Shown: positions 35,082 to 44,351, counted from the first letter of the stretch. The stretch is DNA of 64,000 bases from a virus (IMGVR_UViG_3300036834_000211:50542-114541), one strand, 5' to 3'. Notes: generated by a model from the letters alone, not told the origin. Translations and numbers: made by a program.

Positions 35082-36409
35082 CGAAGAGATTCATCTTCAT
35101 GCTCGACAGTGGTGCCTACTCGGTGTGGGCTCGATCCAATTCGAACCCGCATCGATTGGAACTGCGTCGTCGAGTGCTCGAGGCGTTGAAGGTCCACGGG
35201 AGCAAGAAGAGAGCGGCTGAAGAATTGGGTATCCCTCTAGGTCTGGTCCAGACCGTATCCAGTGACGAGGTCGAGCGCAGAGTGACGCTTGAGAACTATG
35301 CCGAATTCGTGAGTGGACACAGACACCTGTTCCGCGGTGGTGTGTGGAATTTTGACGTCATCGGGTCCGACAAGGGCAGTTATGAGAACTGGCTCGAGTT
35401 GCGGCGTCTCGGTGTGGACACCATCCCCGTGCACCACGTCGGCGATGACGTATCGTACTTGACGAAGTATCTCGACGAGTGCGAATTCGTCGGGATTGGT
35501 GCCATTGCCAAGATGGATACGAACAGTAGGATACACGGTCTCGATGACGTGTGGAAGTCTCACTTGTTGACGGGCGACGGATCCCCCCGCTGTCGAGTCC
35601 ACGGACTCGGCTTGACTGACACTTCGATCGTCTTGAGGTACCCTTGGTACTCCGTCGACAGTACGAAGACCATTGCTGCGGCTGCGTACGGTTCGGTCCT
35701 GATCCCAAACTTGAGTAGATCCGAGATCTCATACGACGACCTCATCCCCGTCTCGATAAGTAATCAGTCGAGGAGGGTCGAGTTGCCGAAGGGCAGGTCA
35801 TCGTCGAGTTCAAATTTCTACTTCCTTCCCCAGCGTACTCAAGAGGTACTGTACAAACTGACTGCGGATCTTGGATTTGGGATTAGTCGGACTCTAGAGG
35901 GTCGGGTCCTGCGATCGAAGATGACTTCTCGTAAGAGGCAAGATTCGGTATGGGTCAATGGATTGGGTATCGAAGCTGCTGTCGAAGTGCAGGAATCTGA
36001 GGTTTCGAACAACTTGTCGTCGAGTTGGCGGGCTAGGTATGCTTTTAATCTGCTGATGGTTGATCGGTTTGTCGAGCATTGGCGTCAACTCGGTCGAGCA
36101 ATTCGGATCTACAACGTGGCGGGCGGATCTCACGTGCTCGACGTCTTTACTTCTGTGTCGGACAGTCACCCGGCAAACAGGTCACTCGTCAGTTTCGCTA
36201 AGATGTCCGACAACCTGGTAACCAGATTGGAATGTGCGATCAATGGAGATACAGAGAGAAGTACTATTGTCGGCAATCAAGCTCGTACTGCCGGCGATGG
36301 CTCAGAAGGAACTCTTCGACCAGTCAAACAAGATCGCGTTCGCCGGCGGGAAGGTGGTGGCGTTCAACGACGCCGTCGCAATACTGCATCCCCTTCCTGG
36401 CGGCCTTGA
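35078..36409 (+). CDS. TGT-fold transglycosylase (DpdA-like) with an inserted HTH
   Basis: MLDSGAYS, FDVIG, IPVHH, RVHGLG, YPWYSVDS motifs; ATG at 35078 coupled to the GT stop; 3' end overlaps the clamp gene. Confidence 0.75.
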   Translation: MTKRFIFMLDSGAYSVWARSNSNPHRLELRRRVLEALKVHGSKKRAAEELGIPLGLVQTVSSDEVERRVTLENYAEFVSGHRHLFRGGVWNFDVIGSDKGSYENWLELRRLGVDTIPVHHVGDDVSYLTKYLDECEFVGIGAIAKMDTNSRIHGLDDVWKSHLLTGDGSPRCRVHGLGLTDTSIVLRYPWYSVDSTKTIAAAAYGSVLIPNLSRSEISYDDLIPVSISNQSRRVELPKGRSSSSSNFYFLPQRTQEVLYKLTADLGFGISRTLEGRVLRSKMTSRKRQDSVWVNGLGIEAAVEVQESEVSNNLSSSWRARYAFNLLMVDRFVEHWRQLGRAIRIYNVAGGSHVLDVFTSVSDSHPANRSLVSFAKMSDNLVTRLECAINGDTERSTIVGNQARTAGDGSEGTLRPVKQDRVRRREGGGVQRRRRNTASPSWRP

Positions 36410-37271
36410 CCTCGAGGGGGCAGTTGATGGTCAGCATCTGTATCGTCTCCTCAACAAGCTGTCTGCCGAAGTTGTCAATCTGACTGTTGACAACGACAAG
36501 ATCCACCTGCGCGCCGGTCGGAGTACGGCATCGTTCAACATACTGCCAGTGACACTACCCATCGACTCGGTCGACATGACGGGGCAGATGGTCGAGTTAC
36601 CCAAGACCTTCGTCGATCAATTGAAATGGGTCAGTTCGAGTTGTGCCCGCGACATGAGCCGACCTGCACTGACCTGCGTCCTGGTCGAGGGTGGATGGAT
36701 GCAGGCCAGCGATTCGTACCGAATCAGTCGAGTCCACCACGGTGACAGCACCACCGGTGCTTGGGACCTCCCTCGATTGATGCTTCCAATTACGCAGATC
36801 GAAGTGCTGGTGGACTATCCGGTCAAGCGCGTGGCACTGTCAGACGGAGGTGAATGGGCTCGATTTGAGACCGAGTCTGGGACCACGTTGTGCGCCAGGT
36901 CGCGGTCCGGTGAATTTCCGAACTTGGCGTCGATGTACGACGTTGAGGGGCATGAGATCCAGTTGACCACCGCACTGGCTCAGGTGATCGAGCGGGCTCA
37001 GATCTTCTCTCGGCGCGAACACTCGATCGACGAGGAGATTCGGATCTCCATGAGGCCCAACCAGATTACGATATCGGCGCAGTACGATGGTGGCAAGTTC
37101 TCCGAGGTGGCTAGATGCGAGGGAGCGGTCGACGGGATCGAGTTCGTGATCCACCCAAAATTCTTATCCGCCGCCCTCGAGTCCGGGACACGATGCGTAT
37201 TGGGTGAGAATAGAGTGAAGTTCAGTGGGACGGATTGGGACCACGTCGTCGCGTTGAAGGTAATGAAATGA
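36243..37271 (+). CDS. dnaN: DNA polymerase III beta-like sliding clamp
   Basis: ~342 aa; DMSRPALTCV, ASDSYRIS, GEFPN, IERAQIFS, HPKFL. Confidence 0.8.
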   Translation: MEIQREVLLSAIKLVLPAMAQKELFDQSNKIAFAGGKVVAFNDAVAILHPLPGGLDLEGAVDGQHLYRLLNKLSAEVVNLTVDNDKIHLRAGRSTASFNILPVTLPIDSVDMTGQMVELPKTFVDQLKWVSSSCARDMSRPALTCVLVEGGWMQASDSYRISRVHHGDSTTGAWDLPRLMLPITQIEVLVDYPVKRVALSDGGEWARFETESGTTLCARSRSGEFPNLASMYDVEGHEIQLTTALAQVIERAQIFSRREHSIDEEIRISMRPNQITISAQYDGGKFSEVARCEGAVDGIEFVIHPKFLSAALESGTRCVLGENRVKFSGTDWDHVVALKVMK

Positions 37272-37484
37272 AATCGGATCGGAGGTAGGATGAATGTACT
37301 TCCATTGCGTAGGTCCAGTACACTGCGCGGAGCAGGGTTTGGTGCAGTGCGAATACTGTGAGTGGAGTGATCGAGAGAAGGGTGATCTGCTTCGTCTGTC
37401 GTCTTTAATTCCGACACTGATTAGTCTGGGTATCTTTGCTTGTCTTTGTGGCGCTCGTCTGGTTAACCCGCTGATTTAGTATCG

Positions 37485-38882
37485 ATGTCCGTTCGACCAC
37501 TCTTCGACCTGACTCCGGTTCTCGACGTGCCCGAGCGCGGGCGCACGCTGTCGTGCGTCAGCTGTGGCCTCTACCGGGATGTATTGACGCCGAGGATGCC
37601 GCCCCACGGCGAGAACCGTCGCTCCGTCATGGTCGTTGGCGAGGGACCCGGTGAGACTGAGGACGAGAGGGGCAGGCCCTGGGTCGGCCGCGCTGGTCGA
37701 CTACTGCGGATGGCGCTCGACGACTTCGGACTCGACCTGGATCGCGATTGCGTCTCGCTCAACAGCGTGAATTGCCGACCACCGTCCAACCGCGCGCCGA
37801 CCGGCCACGAGGTTGCCTGCTGCCGATCGAAGGTGGTGTCCCCCGCCGTCGAGCGGTACACTCCCCGAGTCATCCTGTTGATGGGTGGATCGGCCGTCAC
37901 CAGCGTGCTGGGGCCGCTGTGCCCCGAGGCGCTCGGGGCGTCCTCCGGCAAGAAGAAGGCGCCCTCCATTGGCAAGTGGCGCGGGATGACCATCCCCGTC
38001 CCGGAGTGGGGGGCCTGGGTGTGCCCCACGCACCACCCGTCCTACGTCCTGCGAGAGGAGAAGCGCCCCGAGGTCGACACCGTGTGGCGCCAGGATGTCC
38101 GCCGAGCGCTCAAGCTCCTCGATACTCCCGTCCCTCCTCCGGAGGACCTCAGGAGTGAGGTCGAGGTGCTTCGCGTCGAGGTCGACATCCTGCGTGCGAT
38201 CTACCACGCCCACGATGCTCAGTTACTGTCGTACGACTATGAGACGACCGGGCTGCGAGCCTCCCTCCACAAGATCGTGTGCGTCTCGTTTGCGACCTCG
38301 GCCGACAAGGCTTATGCGTTCATGATGCCCGAGTCGGGGCCGATCCGAGGAGCCTGGTCGAAGCTGATGGTCAGGCACCGGGTGGGCAAGATCTCGCACC
38401 ACATGAAGTTTGAGAACGAGTGGACGATCGAGCACTTCGAGGTCGAGGAGATCAACTGGGCGTGGGACTCGATGCTCGCGGCGCACGTCGTCGACAACCG
38501 GGTTGGGATCTGCGGTCTTAAGCACCAGGCATTCTTGAACTTTGGGATCCGGAGCTGGGACGGTCTGATCGCCCCGTACCTGGAATCCGTCGACGAGAAG
38601 GACCCGACCGCGCCCAATCGAATCTGGGAGTTCATTGAGCGCTATGGCGAGGAGGAGTGCCTGATCTACTGTGGGATCGACTCGCTCGTGGCCTTCCGAC
38701 TGGCGATGAGGCAGAGGGAGATTATCGGTGTTGAAGCTCACCATGAAGGGGCTGATCAATCTGCTCAATCTAGGTTATCACATCGAGGTGGAGAAGCCAT
38801 CGGAGGAGGACAAGGTGGAGCGTCGCTCCCCTCGGATGACCATGTGGTATCTAGACGGGGAGACGGGGCTCGGCTCGATTAG
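37485..38882 (+). CDS. Family-4 UDG domain fused to 3'-5' exonuclease (N-terminal part of a split PolA)
   Basis: CVSCGL, VGEGPGETED, CRPPSNRAP, HPSY; then YDYETTGL, DSMLAAH, YCGIDS exonuclease motifs. Confidence 0.85.
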   Translation: MSVRPLFDLTPVLDVPERGRTLSCVSCGLYRDVLTPRMPPHGENRRSVMVVGEGPGETEDERGRPWVGRAGRLLRMALDDFGLDLDRDCVSLNSVNCRPPSNRAPTGHEVACCRSKVVSPAVERYTPRVILLMGGSAVTSVLGPLCPEALGASSGKKKAPSIGKWRGMTIPVPEWGAWVCPTHHPSYVLREEKRPEVDTVWRQDVRRALKLLDTPVPPPEDLRSEVEVLRVEVDILRAIYHAHDAQLLSYDYETTGLRASLHKIVCVSFATSADKAYAFMMPESGPIRGAWSKLMVRHRVGKISHHMKFENEWTIEHFEVEEINWAWDSMLAAHVVDNRVGICGLKHQAFLNFGIRSWDGLIAPYLESVDEKDPTAPNRIWEFIERYGEEECLIYCGIDSLVAFRLAMRQREIIGVEAHHEGADQSAQSRLSHRGGEAIGGGQGGASLPSDDHVVSRRGDGARLD

Positions 38883-38922
38883 TATCAAATCGATCGACGT
38901 GACGCCTGAGAAGGATGGATAG
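38743..38922 (+). CDS. Small ORF between the two polymerase halves
   Basis: 59 aa, in an alternative frame to the 3' tail of the exo gene; stop overlaps the start region of the pol gene. Confidence 0.4.
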   Translation: MKGLINLLNLGYHIEVEKPSEEDKVERRSPRMTMWYLDGETGLGSISIKSIDVTPEKDG

Positions 38923-40300
38923 CCTCCTCGACGCCTACCAACTGTTTCACGACGGTGCGCTGGCACTCGCCGAGGTCGAGCGTGCTGGTATTAGAATTGA
39001 TACTGAATATTGTCGTGAGAAGCTCGCCTGGTTGGACGAGCAGAGCAGCCGGTATGAACGACGCCTGAGATTGAGCGAGCTGGGCCGGGCCTGGTTGGCT
39101 CGCTTTGGCAGCGCCGCGAGCTTCGGCAGTGGGCCCCAGCTCCAGGCCGTCCTCTACGCCGACCTGGGGGTCAAGCCGTTCAAGCAGACTGCGAGCGGCC
39201 AGGACAGCGTGGATGAGGAGTCTCTCAGGCAGACCGGGGTGGACGGGATCAACCACCTGCTCCGGTTGCGTAGCCTCAAGAAGATGAGTGACGTCCTCGG
39301 GGGGTTTCTCAGGTATCAGATCGCCGGGTATCTCTACCCCACGTTCTGCCTGCACACGGTGGTGACCTACCGGTCGTCCAGCCTCAAGCCAAACCTTCAG
39401 AACGTTCCAGTACGCGACAAGGAGCAGATGGACATCTGCCGGCGTGCGATCGTGCCGTCGCCCGGCAACGTGATACTGGAGATCGACAAGAGCGGCATCG
39501 AGGTATGCGTGGCGGCTTGCTACCACAAGGACCCGACGATGCTGGAATATCTCCATGATCCTGCGTCGGATATGCACTCTGATGCAGCCAAGAAGTTGTT
39601 CTTTCTCGACGGTGCGGTCAGCGACCTGAAGAAGCTGGATGGGTTCTCGCCCGTGCTGCGTCAGGCCGGTAAGAATGCGTTCATATTCCCGGAGTTCTAC
39701 GGTGACTACTACGAGTCGTGCGCCCCCGGCATCGCCTGCGGTTGGTGCAAGCTGCCCCGCATCGGCGACTGGACGGACTACGACGGAGCCTTGCTCGATG
39801 GGGTACCGATAGCTCGGCACCTGCGTCGGCACGACGTCTCCGGCTTGGTGGACTTCACCGAACACGTGAGGAAGGTCGAGGACTGGCTGTGGAACGAGCG
39901 CTTCCCCGTATATTCTAGGTGGCGGAAGGATTGGTACGCCAGGTATCAACGGAGGGGTAGCTTTCGGATGAAGACCGGGTTCGAGTGCAGCGGCGTCATG
40001 GGGAGGAACGAGGCGGTGAACTATCCCGTCCAAGGGCCCGCGTTCCACCTGCTGCTGAAGACATTGATCCTGGTCGTGCAACGCATCCGGAGTTGGCCGT
40101 CCAAGGTAGTCAGTCAGGTACACGACTCGTTGCTCATCGACACACCGCTCGACCGGGTTCCGGCGCTGGTGGAGATGGTCAGGCGCATCGATGCGGAGGA
40201 GCTGCCGCGGATCTGGCCGTGGATCATCGTGCCGCTGCGTGATGAGGCGAAGGTGAGCGAGGTGGACGGGAGCTGGGCAAATATGAGGGTGGTGGAATGA
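38915..40300 (+). CDS. Family A DNA polymerase, polymerase domain
   Basis: TYRSSSLKPNLQNVP, EIDKSGIE (motif A), RQAGKNAFIFPEFYG (motif B), NYPVQG, QVHDSL (motif C). Confidence 0.9.
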   Translation: MDSLLDAYQLFHDGALALAEVERAGIRIDTEYCREKLAWLDEQSSRYERRLRLSELGRAWLARFGSAASFGSGPQLQAVLYADLGVKPFKQTASGQDSVDEESLRQTGVDGINHLLRLRSLKKMSDVLGGFLRYQIAGYLYPTFCLHTVVTYRSSSLKPNLQNVPVRDKEQMDICRRAIVPSPGNVILEIDKSGIEVCVAACYHKDPTMLEYLHDPASDMHSDAAKKLFFLDGAVSDLKKLDGFSPVLRQAGKNAFIFPEFYGDYYESCAPGIACGWCKLPRIGDWTDYDGALLDGVPIARHLRRHDVSGLVDFTEHVRKVEDWLWNERFPVYSRWRKDWYARYQRRGSFRMKTGFECSGVMGRNEAVNYPVQGPAFHLLLKTLILVVQRIRSWPSKVVSQVHDSLLIDTPLDRVPALVEMVRRIDAEELPRIWPWIIVPLRDEAKVSEVDGSWANMRVVE

Positions 40301-40506
40301 AAGAGCTGCGAACTGTCTTGACGTTCGAGTGCGAGGATTCCGTGTCGGCTATCGAGCTGAGGAGGTTCATCAAGGATGCGCTGGAGTCCTGGGGAGGCCA
40401 GCGACATCCCGACGATCACCTATTTGGATCGTTAGACAAGGTCCGGGTCGGTAAGTTCGAGCGCGCGGAGGTAGCTCGTACCGGTAATTACGTGCCCGTC
40501 GAATGA
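40297..40506 (+). CDS. Hypothetical protein
   Basis: Coupled 69-aa ORF; WGGQRHPDDHLF. Confidence 0.6.
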   Translation: MKELRTVLTFECEDSVSAIELRRFIKDALESWGGQRHPDDHLFGSLDKVRVGKFERAEVARTGNYVPVE

Positions 40507-40675
40507 TCGGTCCTTACAAGACCGAGAGAGAGTTCGTTACTGCGGTGTCCGATATGGCCAGGCGCGTGTGGAAGTCCACGGAGGAATTTGGATCGAGTGT
40601 CGTCATTCGGGAGTCTTACGCGATAGATGATAGATGCGTGCAGATTGTTTGTGGCGTTGAGGAGATTGAAGAGCA

Positions 40676-41605
40676 ATGAACCTCTACGAGCGCGTCCGAC
40701 CAGCTAGTTTCGACGAGGTCGCTGGCAACGACGACGTTGTCAAGGTACTGACGGTCCTGACGGCCAAGGAGCAGCCTCCCCACGCGTTCCTGCTGACCGG
40801 CCCGCCGGGCTGTGGCAAGACGACCTTGGGTCGGATCGTCGCGCAGGCCATCGGCATCCGCCGTGAGGACGTCCTGACGCAGACTGGTGACTACCGAGAG
40901 TTGAATAATGCCAGCTTCCGGGGCATCGACACGATCCGGGAGATCATGGACGGTGCCGGCTACGTCGGTCTTCACGGGGCCAGGAGGGTCTGGCTGCTCG
41001 ACGAGGTCCACGGCCTCCCCAAACTGTCCCAGGAGGCCCTGCTCAAGTTACTGGAGGATCCGCCGCCCCACGCTTACTTCGTTCTGTGTACGACCGCTCC
41101 CGAGGTCCTACTGGAGACGATCAGGAGTCGGTGCTCGACTCACAAGGTGACCCCGCTCTCCGAGCAGCACATGGTTGCCTTACTCAACCGGGTCGCCAGG
41201 GGAGAGGGCGAGCGCCTGTCCCGTCCGCTTCTCGCGATGGTCTACGAGAAGACCGAGGGCAAGCCGCGCGCTGCCATAAACCTGCTTGAGAAGGTCCTTG
41301 CCGCCGCTCCTGATGATAGGGATGCGATCGTCAAGTCTGCCGAGGCAGTTAAGGAGAAGGTGGATGGTCTCGCACGAGAGCTGATGCGCAGGACCGGCTG
41401 GAGGGCCATTGCGCAGATCCTGGCCCAGGTCGAGGAGGAAGACGTGGAGTCGATACGACGGGGCGTGGTAGGGTACTGCTCGGCAGCTCTGCTGCGCGAG
41501 GAGAACGACCACGCGATGGTCATCCTGGACCAGATGATCGAGCCGTTCTTCAGCTCGGGAAGGGCCGGACTGGTCCACGCGTGCTACACGATCTTGAGGT
41601 CTTAA
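40676..41605 (+). CDS. Clamp loader (DnaX gamma/tau-like AAA+)
   Basis: RPASFDEVAG, GPPGCGKTT, LDEVH, ALLKLLEDPP, TIRSRC. Confidence 0.9.
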   Translation: MNLYERVRPASFDEVAGNDDVVKVLTVLTAKEQPPHAFLLTGPPGCGKTTLGRIVAQAIGIRREDVLTQTGDYRELNNASFRGIDTIREIMDGAGYVGLHGARRVWLLDEVHGLPKLSQEALLKLLEDPPPHAYFVLCTTAPEVLLETIRSRCSTHKVTPLSEQHMVALLNRVARGEGERLSRPLLAMVYEKTEGKPRAAINLLEKVLAAAPDDRDAIVKSAEAVKEKVDGLARELMRRTGWRAIAQILAQVEEEDVESIRRGVVGYCSAALLREENDHAMVILDQMIEPFFSSGRAGLVHACYTILRS

Positions 41606-41606
41606 C

Positions 41607-41840
41607 GTGAGCGATCGTATGACGAGTATTGACCTTCCTGGGGTCCAGGGATCGGCGATCGCCGATTGGGGCCAAAAGCCCATCTCCGCGATGATTAAGC
41701 TGATCCGTGCCAAGGCTCGGCACGACAAGGAGATCGCCGATGCCGTGCTCGCGGCGCCCGACCGCGCGTTTAGAGTAGAGACCCACCGCGGGATCCACGT
41801 CCGTCGCGGCCTCGTCGTTCTTCAGCAAGGCTTCGACTGA
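41607..41840 (+). CDS. Hypothetical protein
   Basis: 77-aa ORF in operon. Confidence 0.5.
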   Translation: MSDRMTSIDLPGVQGSAIADWGQKPISAMIKLIRAKARHDKEIADAVLAAPDRAFRVETHRGIHVRRGLVVLQQGFD

Positions 41841-42103
41841 TGCCTCGTCCCAGCATCCTCGACGATCCCGATGCGATCCGCTCTCGCCAAGCCGAGATCG
41901 CCATTGAAGAGAGACGCGGGTGTGAGCGCTGTGGATCTGCGGCTGGCGTGTCGCGCGGCCCCCGCGGATGTGCTTACCACTACGAGGGTACAGAGGGCGA
42001 CGCGAACGATCCGAACTACGCCAATCTGTGCCCGCCGTGCTGGGTAGAAGAGCGCGAATACTGGGACGAGATGTGGAAAGAATACTACAGTGGAAGGCTA
42101 TGA
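41840..42103 (+). CDS. Hypothetical Zn-binding protein
   Basis: CERC...LCPPC; YWDEMWKEYYSG. Confidence 0.6.
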   Translation: MPRPSILDDPDAIRSRQAEIAIEERRGCERCGSAAGVSRGPRGCAYHYEGTEGDANDPNYANLCPPCWVEEREYWDEMWKEYYSGRL

Positions 42104-42106
42104 GAG

Positions 42107-42475
42107 ATGGGCACGAAGAACAATCCCGGGAAGTACGACTGCTACGCCAAGGCCGACCCCGACGAGGAGATATTCACGCTGAGGGCCAAGGACAGGCACG
42201 CGCCGACCTTAGTGTGGTTATGGTCGGCCCTTCGCGAGCTGGACGGCGAGGATGCGGAGTGCGTCGCGGAGGCACGAGCCTCCGTGGTCAAGATGCTTCA
42301 GTGGCAGGCGGATCACGAGCGGAAGGCGGTCGGCCTCGGGCAGGCCACCCTGGCCGGCGTCCTGGAGCTCATTCGCGCCGTTAACGGTCTGATGAAGTTG
42401 GAGGACTCTCTTACTCAGGCTACGGATCTGGAGGTCGTGAGGCGCTTCCTGGCTCAGACGGAATTTGAGAAGTGA
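42107..42475 (+). CDS. Conserved phage hypothetical protein
   Basis: MGTKNNPGKYDCYAKADPDEEIFTLRAKD motif. Confidence 0.7.
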   Translation: MGTKNNPGKYDCYAKADPDEEIFTLRAKDRHAPTLVWLWSALRELDGEDAECVAEARASVVKMLQWQADHERKAVGLGQATLAGVLELIRAVNGLMKLEDSLTQATDLEVVRRFLAQTEFEK

Positions 42476-43053
42476 ACTACGAGGACGATATTGAGATTGA
42501 TGAGCAGGCGTTGGATTGTGAGTGGCTCGACCAGCCGAAGCGGATGCGCGAGTACTGTAAGGTCGCTGCCGAGGCACACAGGCAGATGGACCTGGCGAAG
42601 GAGAACGTCGACTTCGTCAGGGCGACCGTCGAGAGGGCGGTCCGGTCTCGCCCCGCCGAGTACGGCGTCGCCCCGGGCGTCCGCGGTGCTGTCACGGAGG
42701 ACTCGGTGAAGGCCGCCGTCCAGGTGCACGAGCAGTATCAGCTCGCCGTCCGGGAGTATATCGATGCGAAGTATGAGAACGACGTTGCCAATGGTACCAT
42801 CCGTGCTTTTGATCACCGCAAGAGTTCTCTGGAAAGGTTGGTGCAGCTCCACGGTCAGTCGTACTTTGCCGGCCCCGCCGTGCCGAGGGATCTCGCCGCC
42901 GAGCGCTCTCGTCGAGACCAAGCAGTGCAGGCTCGTGTTAGGATAGGGTCTGTTGGGGCCATTGGAAGATCATTCAACGTGCCGGTTGGTCCGGAGCACG
43001 TGGACTTGGACGAGCAACGCCGACGAGAGCCGATGGTGAGACGCAGGAGTTGA
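42472..43053 (+). CDS. Recombination mediator (UvsY-like)
   Basis: DIEIDEQALDCEWLDQP...AFDHRKSSLERLVQL; precedes SSB and RecA. Confidence 0.65.
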   Translation: MNYEDDIEIDEQALDCEWLDQPKRMREYCKVAAEAHRQMDLAKENVDFVRATVERAVRSRPAEYGVAPGVRGAVTEDSVKAAVQVHEQYQLAVREYIDAKYENDVANGTIRAFDHRKSSLERLVQLHGQSYFAGPAVPRDLAAERSRRDQAVQARVRIGSVGAIGRSFNVPVGPEHVDLDEQRRREPMVRRRS

Positions 43054-43184
43054 GTGTGCACTGGTTGTGGATCATTGTACCTGTGGTGGGTCCACTCTAC
43101 GTGTACTACGTCTGCAAGCTCGCAGGAGCAGGGTGGATTGCTGGAGTTCAATTGTATATTAAACGGCAGAAGGAGAGAAGGTAA

Positions 43185-44336
43185 ATGAATAAGTCTCGTC
43201 GGGGCAGCTTCCGAGGTAAGGTGTCCTACAACTCTACGCAACAGCGGTCCAAGGCCGCCAACTATGGGCACTTGTTGCTACCTCGAGGCATCAACATGTT
43301 TAAGGAGGAACCTGGTGGTCGAATTGCACTCGACTTCTTGCCGTACTTCGTAACCGATGCTCACCATCCCGATCGGGACGTCGAGCGCGAGATCGCGATC
43401 CAGGGATCGCTGTGGTATCGGCGTCCCTACAAGCTCCACCGATCAATCGGTGTGCAGAATGCCTCTGTCATTTGTCCGAGCAGTGTTGGTAAGAAGTGTC
43501 CGATCTGTGAGTATCGTGCCAAGCAGTTAAGTGAGGGTGCGAAGTGGCAGGACGAGCAAATTAAGGCAATGCGGCCGTCGGACCGCAACTTGTACTACGT
43601 GGTGCCCAAGGGGGACAGTAAGAAGTACGACGAGAAGCCGTACTTCTGGGACATTGCTCAGTTCCTCTTCCAGGAGGCCCTAAATAACGAGCTCGAGGAG
43701 AACGAAGATTTCGGTGAGTTTCCCGATCTCGAGGCCGGGTTGACACTGCGGATCAGGTTTAGTGAGGAGAAGTTTGAGAGGACTTCGTTCGCCAAGACCA
43801 GCCGCATCGACTTCGAGGAGCGCGACTACGCCTACGACGAGGCAGTGGTGCGAGAGCTTACCTCTCTCGACGAGGTGCTTGACATTAAGGATTACCGAGA
43901 GGTAGAGCGCTTGTTCTTTGAGACCGACGGTGGGGATGAGGAGGGTGCGGATCAGCCTACCGATCAACCAAAGACCGGAAGTGGTGGTTCTAGTGTATCA
44001 CTAACTCGGCCAAAATCTGAAACGACCACCACCTCACCGCGTCAATCAAGTACTATTGAATCCACTACTAGATCGACCATCACGCGCCCTCGCCAAGCTG
44101 CGGAACCTAGCCCAGGTGAGAGTCCTGGTGAGGCAACCCCCTCCACTGTCATCCGGCGGCGCTCCCTATCCTCGCCGACGCAGTCGGTGGAATCGAATAA
44201 GAACCAGAATGGCGAGGCTGACAAGTGCCCCTCGGGTTATCGGTTTGGGGTGGACACCGATGCGAAGGACGAGTGCGAGAGGTGCCAGGTGTGGAATGAG
44301 TGCATGGACGCTCGCGAAGCCGCTGCTGCGCGGTAG
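43185..44336 (+). CDS. Single-stranded DNA-binding protein (gp32-like)
   Basis: H..IG...ICP...CPICE; FPDLEAGLTL; low-complexity linker and C-terminal Cys module. Confidence 0.75.
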   Translation: MNKSRRGSFRGKVSYNSTQQRSKAANYGHLLLPRGINMFKEEPGGRIALDFLPYFVTDAHHPDRDVEREIAIQGSLWYRRPYKLHRSIGVQNASVICPSSVGKKCPICEYRAKQLSEGAKWQDEQIKAMRPSDRNLYYVVPKGDSKKYDEKPYFWDIAQFLFQEALNNELEENEDFGEFPDLEAGLTLRIRFSEEKFERTSFAKTSRIDFEERDYAYDEAVVRELTSLDEVLDIKDYREVERLFFETDGGDEEGADQPTDQPKTGSGGSSVSLTRPKSETTTTSPRQSSTIESTTRSTITRPRQAAEPSPGESPGEATPSTVIRRRSLSSPTQSVESNKNQNGEADKCPSGYRFGVDTDAKDECERCQVWNECMDAREAAAAR

Positions 44337-44351
44337 TAAGCGAATTCGGGT

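Noticed and set aside
37294-37479. 61-aa ORF between the clamp and UDG-exo genes
   Set aside because: Possible small gene, but the start is ambiguous and there is no recognisable motif; not listed as a feature.
38885-40123. Long antisense and alternate-frame ORFs (e.g. 38885-40123, 44379-45446, 58763-59965, 63111-63962)
   Set aside because: Shadow ORFs expected from high-GC codon bias over well-supported genes; no motifs.
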